DNA from: Planctomycetota bacterium
Lineage (GTDB): Bacteria > Planctomycetota > JAJSAM01 > JAJVHW01
NCBI GenBank assembly: GCA_965248445.1
Contig: CBDFJG010000004.1
Span: 768,001-832,000, forward strand
Direction: 5' to 3'
DNA length: 64,000 nt
The position numbers and the translations under genes are program-made. The notes beneath the pieces were generated by a model. That model made no database searches and was not told the origin of the DNA. It saw nothing but the letters and a program-made list of their open reading frames with translations. This document shows positions 61,238 through 64,000 of the stretch, one piece after another; the stretch's first letter is position 1; every line of letters begins with the position of its first letter.

Positions 61238-63010
61238 GTGAGCGAACCTGCGAAGCAGATCGGGAACTACCGCCTCCTGCGCCTTCTGGGCCGCGGTGGC
61301 ATGGGTGCCGTCCACCTGGCCGAACACGAGACGACCGGACAACAGGTGGCGCTCAAGGTCCTGAACGACCTGATGGCCCAGGACGCCAGAACTCTGCGCC
61401 GCTTCGAACTGGAGCAGGAGGCGCTCTCACGCGTCGATCACCCGGGTGTCATCCGCGTGCTCTCGGGTGTGGAGCGGGCGGACGGGCGGACGTTCTTCAC
61501 GATGGAGTTCGTGGACGGTCGGACGCTCGAGATGCTGTTACGGGACGAGTCGCCGCTCACGGCCGCGCGCGCCGTGCGTCTGTCGCGAGGAGTGTTCGCC
61601 GCGCTCGGGGCCGCGCACGACGTCGGGATCGTCCACCGCGACGTGAAGCCGTCCAACGTGATCGTCTCGGGATCGACGGCGACCGAGACCGTGAAGATGC
61701 TCGACTTCGGGCTCGCGCGTCTGGCCGACGGGACCAAGCTCACCACGACCGGTCAAGTGATGGGCACGCTGCACTACATGTCTCCGGAGCAGTGCGAGGG
61801 CTCTTCGGCACTGGATGCGCGCTCCGATGTCTACTCCGCGGGCTGCGTGCTCTTCGAGATGCTCGCGGGACGCCCTCCGTTCGTAGCTGACACGCCCGTG
61901 GCACTGCTGCGCAGCCACGTCGTGAACCCCGCACCCGATCTGGCCGATCTGCGTGGCGACGTGCCTCCGGACCTCGCGCGGCTGGTCGCCGACTGTCTCG
62001 CGAAGCAGCCCGGCGCCCGTCCCGCCGGAGCCGCCGTCGTGCTGGAACGTCTCGAGGCGCTCCCGCCCGTCGGTGAGACGACGGTCTTCCGCGAGGCGGC
62101 GGAGGCAGCAACGGTTGCAGCGTTCGCGGCGCCCGCGGTCGCCGCGCCGACTGTGGTCGCAGCCCCGGCGAAGCGCGGCTTCCCCTGGGCGATCGTGGCG
62201 GTGATCGCACTGCTGCTGGCCGTGGGCCTGGCGTTCGCGCTCGGGCGCGAGAAGGGCCGTGACGACGGCAACGGTGGGAACACCGACGAAACGCACAGCG
62301 GCGCGGCTGCGGTGATGGCGACGCTCGGCACCGCGCTGCGCGGTGGGGACTACGACGCGTTCCAGTCGGTGCTCGGCCCGAAGTTGCGGCAGGACCTCCC
62401 CGCACGTGGGGCGTTCGAGAGCGCGCTCGCCGACGTCGATGCACGCGACTTCTCCCCGGGACTCGTCGGCGGCAACGTCGAGGACGGGCGCATGCGTGTC
62501 GTCATCAACGGCGCCGCGCTGCCCGCCGCGCTGGGCCTGGATTCTGCCGACACGCGGAACGGGGTCCGGCTCGACATCGACAGTCTGGACGGCCGCTGGT
62601 ACGTCATTTCCGCCAAACCCGCGAAGGCGCGCGTGGGTGACAGCGACCCGCTGCGTCGCGCGGCCGAGCGAGCCGTACGGCAGGCCTTCACGCCACCGGC
62701 GCTCTTCAAGACGCTCGACATGGCCGGTATCGACCGCATGGCCGCCGGGAAGACCGAACGCATGAGGGAGTTCCGCCGGGCCGTCCGCGACGGCGAGCGC
62801 ATGCCGCCGCAAGTGCGGTTCTCGCTGGACGCCGACGACTACGACCTGGAGACACAGACGTGGCGAGTCACGGTGCGGATCCCCGACGTCGCCGGGGCGT
62901 TAGGAGACGACTCAGCCCGCTTCGAGGTCGTGCTCGCCCCGGGTGGGAGACGCCCGAATCAGCGCGCCGGCTTCCGCGTCGTCGAAGCGAAGCTGATCCG
63001 CGACGATTAG
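61238..63010 (+). CDS. Membrane Ser/Thr protein kinase
   Basis: LGRGGMGAV, VALK, HRDVKPSN, DFG, GTLHYMSPE; single TM and extracytoplasmic C-terminus. Confidence 0.93.
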   Translation: MSEPAKQIGNYRLLRLLGRGGMGAVHLAEHETTGQQVALKVLNDLMAQDARTLRRFELEQEALSRVDHPGVIRVLSGVERADGRTFFTMEFVDGRTLEMLLRDESPLTAARAVRLSRGVFAALGAAHDVGIVHRDVKPSNVIVSGSTATETVKMLDFGLARLADGTKLTTTGQVMGTLHYMSPEQCEGSSALDARSDVYSAGCVLFEMLAGRPPFVADTPVALLRSHVVNPAPDLADLRGDVPPDLARLVADCLAKQPGARPAGAAVVLERLEALPPVGETTVFREAAEAATVAAFAAPAVAAPTVVAAPAKRGFPWAIVAVIALLLAVGLAFALGREKGRDDGNGGNTDETHSGAAAVMATLGTALRGGDYDAFQSVLGPKLRQDLPARGAFESALADVDARDFSPGLVGGNVEDGRMRVVINGAALPAALGLDSADTRNGVRLDIDSLDGRWYVISAKPAKARVGDSDPLRRAAERAVRQAFTPPALFKTLDMAGIDRMAAGKTERMREFRRAVRDGERMPPQVRFSLDADDYDLETQTWRVTVRIPDVAGALGDDSARFEVVLAPGGRRPNQRAGFRVVEAKLIRDD

Positions 63011-64000
63011 TCGGTATCGGATCCGGTCGGCACACCGTCCGAGGTCAACTCCGGCTCACCGTGGGTGATCACGTAGAACGCGCGTGTTGCGACGTCGGTG
63101 AACTCCTGCGTGGTGCCGTCCATCCACTTGACGGCCACCTTCGGAACGCTTGTCGCGGCGCCGGTGCCGAAGTGAAGGCGCGGGTCGTTGTCGCCGCAGA
63201 ACGAGGCGCCGTGGTGCAACTCCTCCATGAGCACGACGCCGCTCGGCAGCGTAACGTAGACACGCGCTCCCGACGGGTCGAGCTGCATACCCGGGCCGAC
63301 GAGACGGAAGCGCAGAAACGCGTTCTTGTTGCCGCCGTCGTTCCGGTAGAGCGTCGGCCGGTCGTTCAGCGCGGTGGCAAACACGTCCTGGTCGCCGTCG
63401 TCATCGAAGTCGCCGAAGCACGCGCCGCGATACACGCGGGCGACCTGGAACGCCGGTCCGGACTGCTCCGTCACGTCCTCGAAGCGAAACGACGGCGCGC
63501 CCATGTTGCGCAGTAGCAAGTTCTTCTGCTTGTACGACGTGCCGGTCTCCTGGGCGAAGTTGTCGATCTCGCCGTAGACGTGCCCGCACGCCACGAACAT
63601 GTCGAGGTCCGCATCGCAGTCCATGTCGAACATGCGCGTGCCCCAGCACAGCCGCAGGTACGAGAGCTTCGCGACGCGGTAGCGGTGTGAGTGGTCGCTG
63701 AAGGTCGGTGAGTCCGCGCGGCGCGTGCCGTTGATGTAGAGCGTGTTGTGATCGTGACTGAAGTTCGTCACGAGGAGATCAATGCGGCCATCCTGATTCA
63801 CGTCGGCGGCATCGACGCCCATCCCGGCCTGCATCATGACGTCGTCGTTCGTGCCGACCCCCGCCTCCAGGCCCTTCTCGACGAGCCGGCCCGTGCCGTC
63901 GTTCAACCAGAGCTCGTTCTCCTGGGTGTCGTACGCGACGTAGATGTCCAGATCACCGTCGTTGTCGACGTCGGTCATCACGGGCTGGAAGCCGAAGCGC
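63007..64000 (-). CDS. CRTAC1 family protein (FG-GAP + ASPIC/UnbV), 5' end outside window
   Basis: DVDNDGDLD, AGMGVD..DVNQDGRID, DFDDDGDQD, GARV, LHFG. Confidence 0.9.
   Translation of the reverse strand, partial: RFGFQPVMTDVDNDGDLDIYVAYDTQENELWLNDGTGRLVEKGLEAGVGTNDDVMMQAGMGVDAADVNQDGRIDLLVTNFSHDHNTLYINGTRRADSPTFSDHSHRYRVAKLSYLRLCWGTRMFDMDCDADLDMFVACGHVYGEIDNFAQETGTSYKQKNLLLRNMGAPSFRFEDVTEQSGPAFQVARVYRGACFGDFDDDGDQDVFATALNDRPTLYRNDGGNKNAFLRFRLVGPGMQLDPSGARVYVTLPSGVVLMEELHHGASFCGDNDPRLHFGTGAATSVPKVAVKWMDGTTQEFTDVATRAFYVITHGEPELTSDGVPTGSDTD

Overview
High-GC bacterial chromosomal window, most likely Planctomycetota (inferred from the DUF1549/DUF1553 + DUF1501 pair, three CRTAC1/ASPIC-UnbV proteins and a planctomycete-type cytochrome c domain). 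It holds about 40 CDSs. Housekeeping genes are gatCAB, acs, infA, efp, a family-5 UDG, corA and kynA. Signalling genes are a sigma54 response regulator, an Hpt protein, a kinase-ATPase-TPR protein and a membrane Ser/Thr kinase. There is also a CDP-sugar/methyltransferase glycosylation cassette with a divergent flippase, and many large secreted proteins. No rRNA, tRNA, CRISPR array or mobile element was recognised. Two features are missed by the ORF track. (1) A probable selenoprotein: a 121-aa membrane protein (43948-44313) with an in-frame UGA at codon 68, followed by a hairpin with the geometry of the E. coli fdhF SECIS. (2) A probable sigma54-dependent small RNA (~5725-5910) with a -24/-12 promoter, two palindromic enhancer sites, CU-rich tracts and a cUACGg terminal hairpin, convergent with the sigma54 activator gene. 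All calls come from reading motifs by eye; no database searches or folding computations were run.
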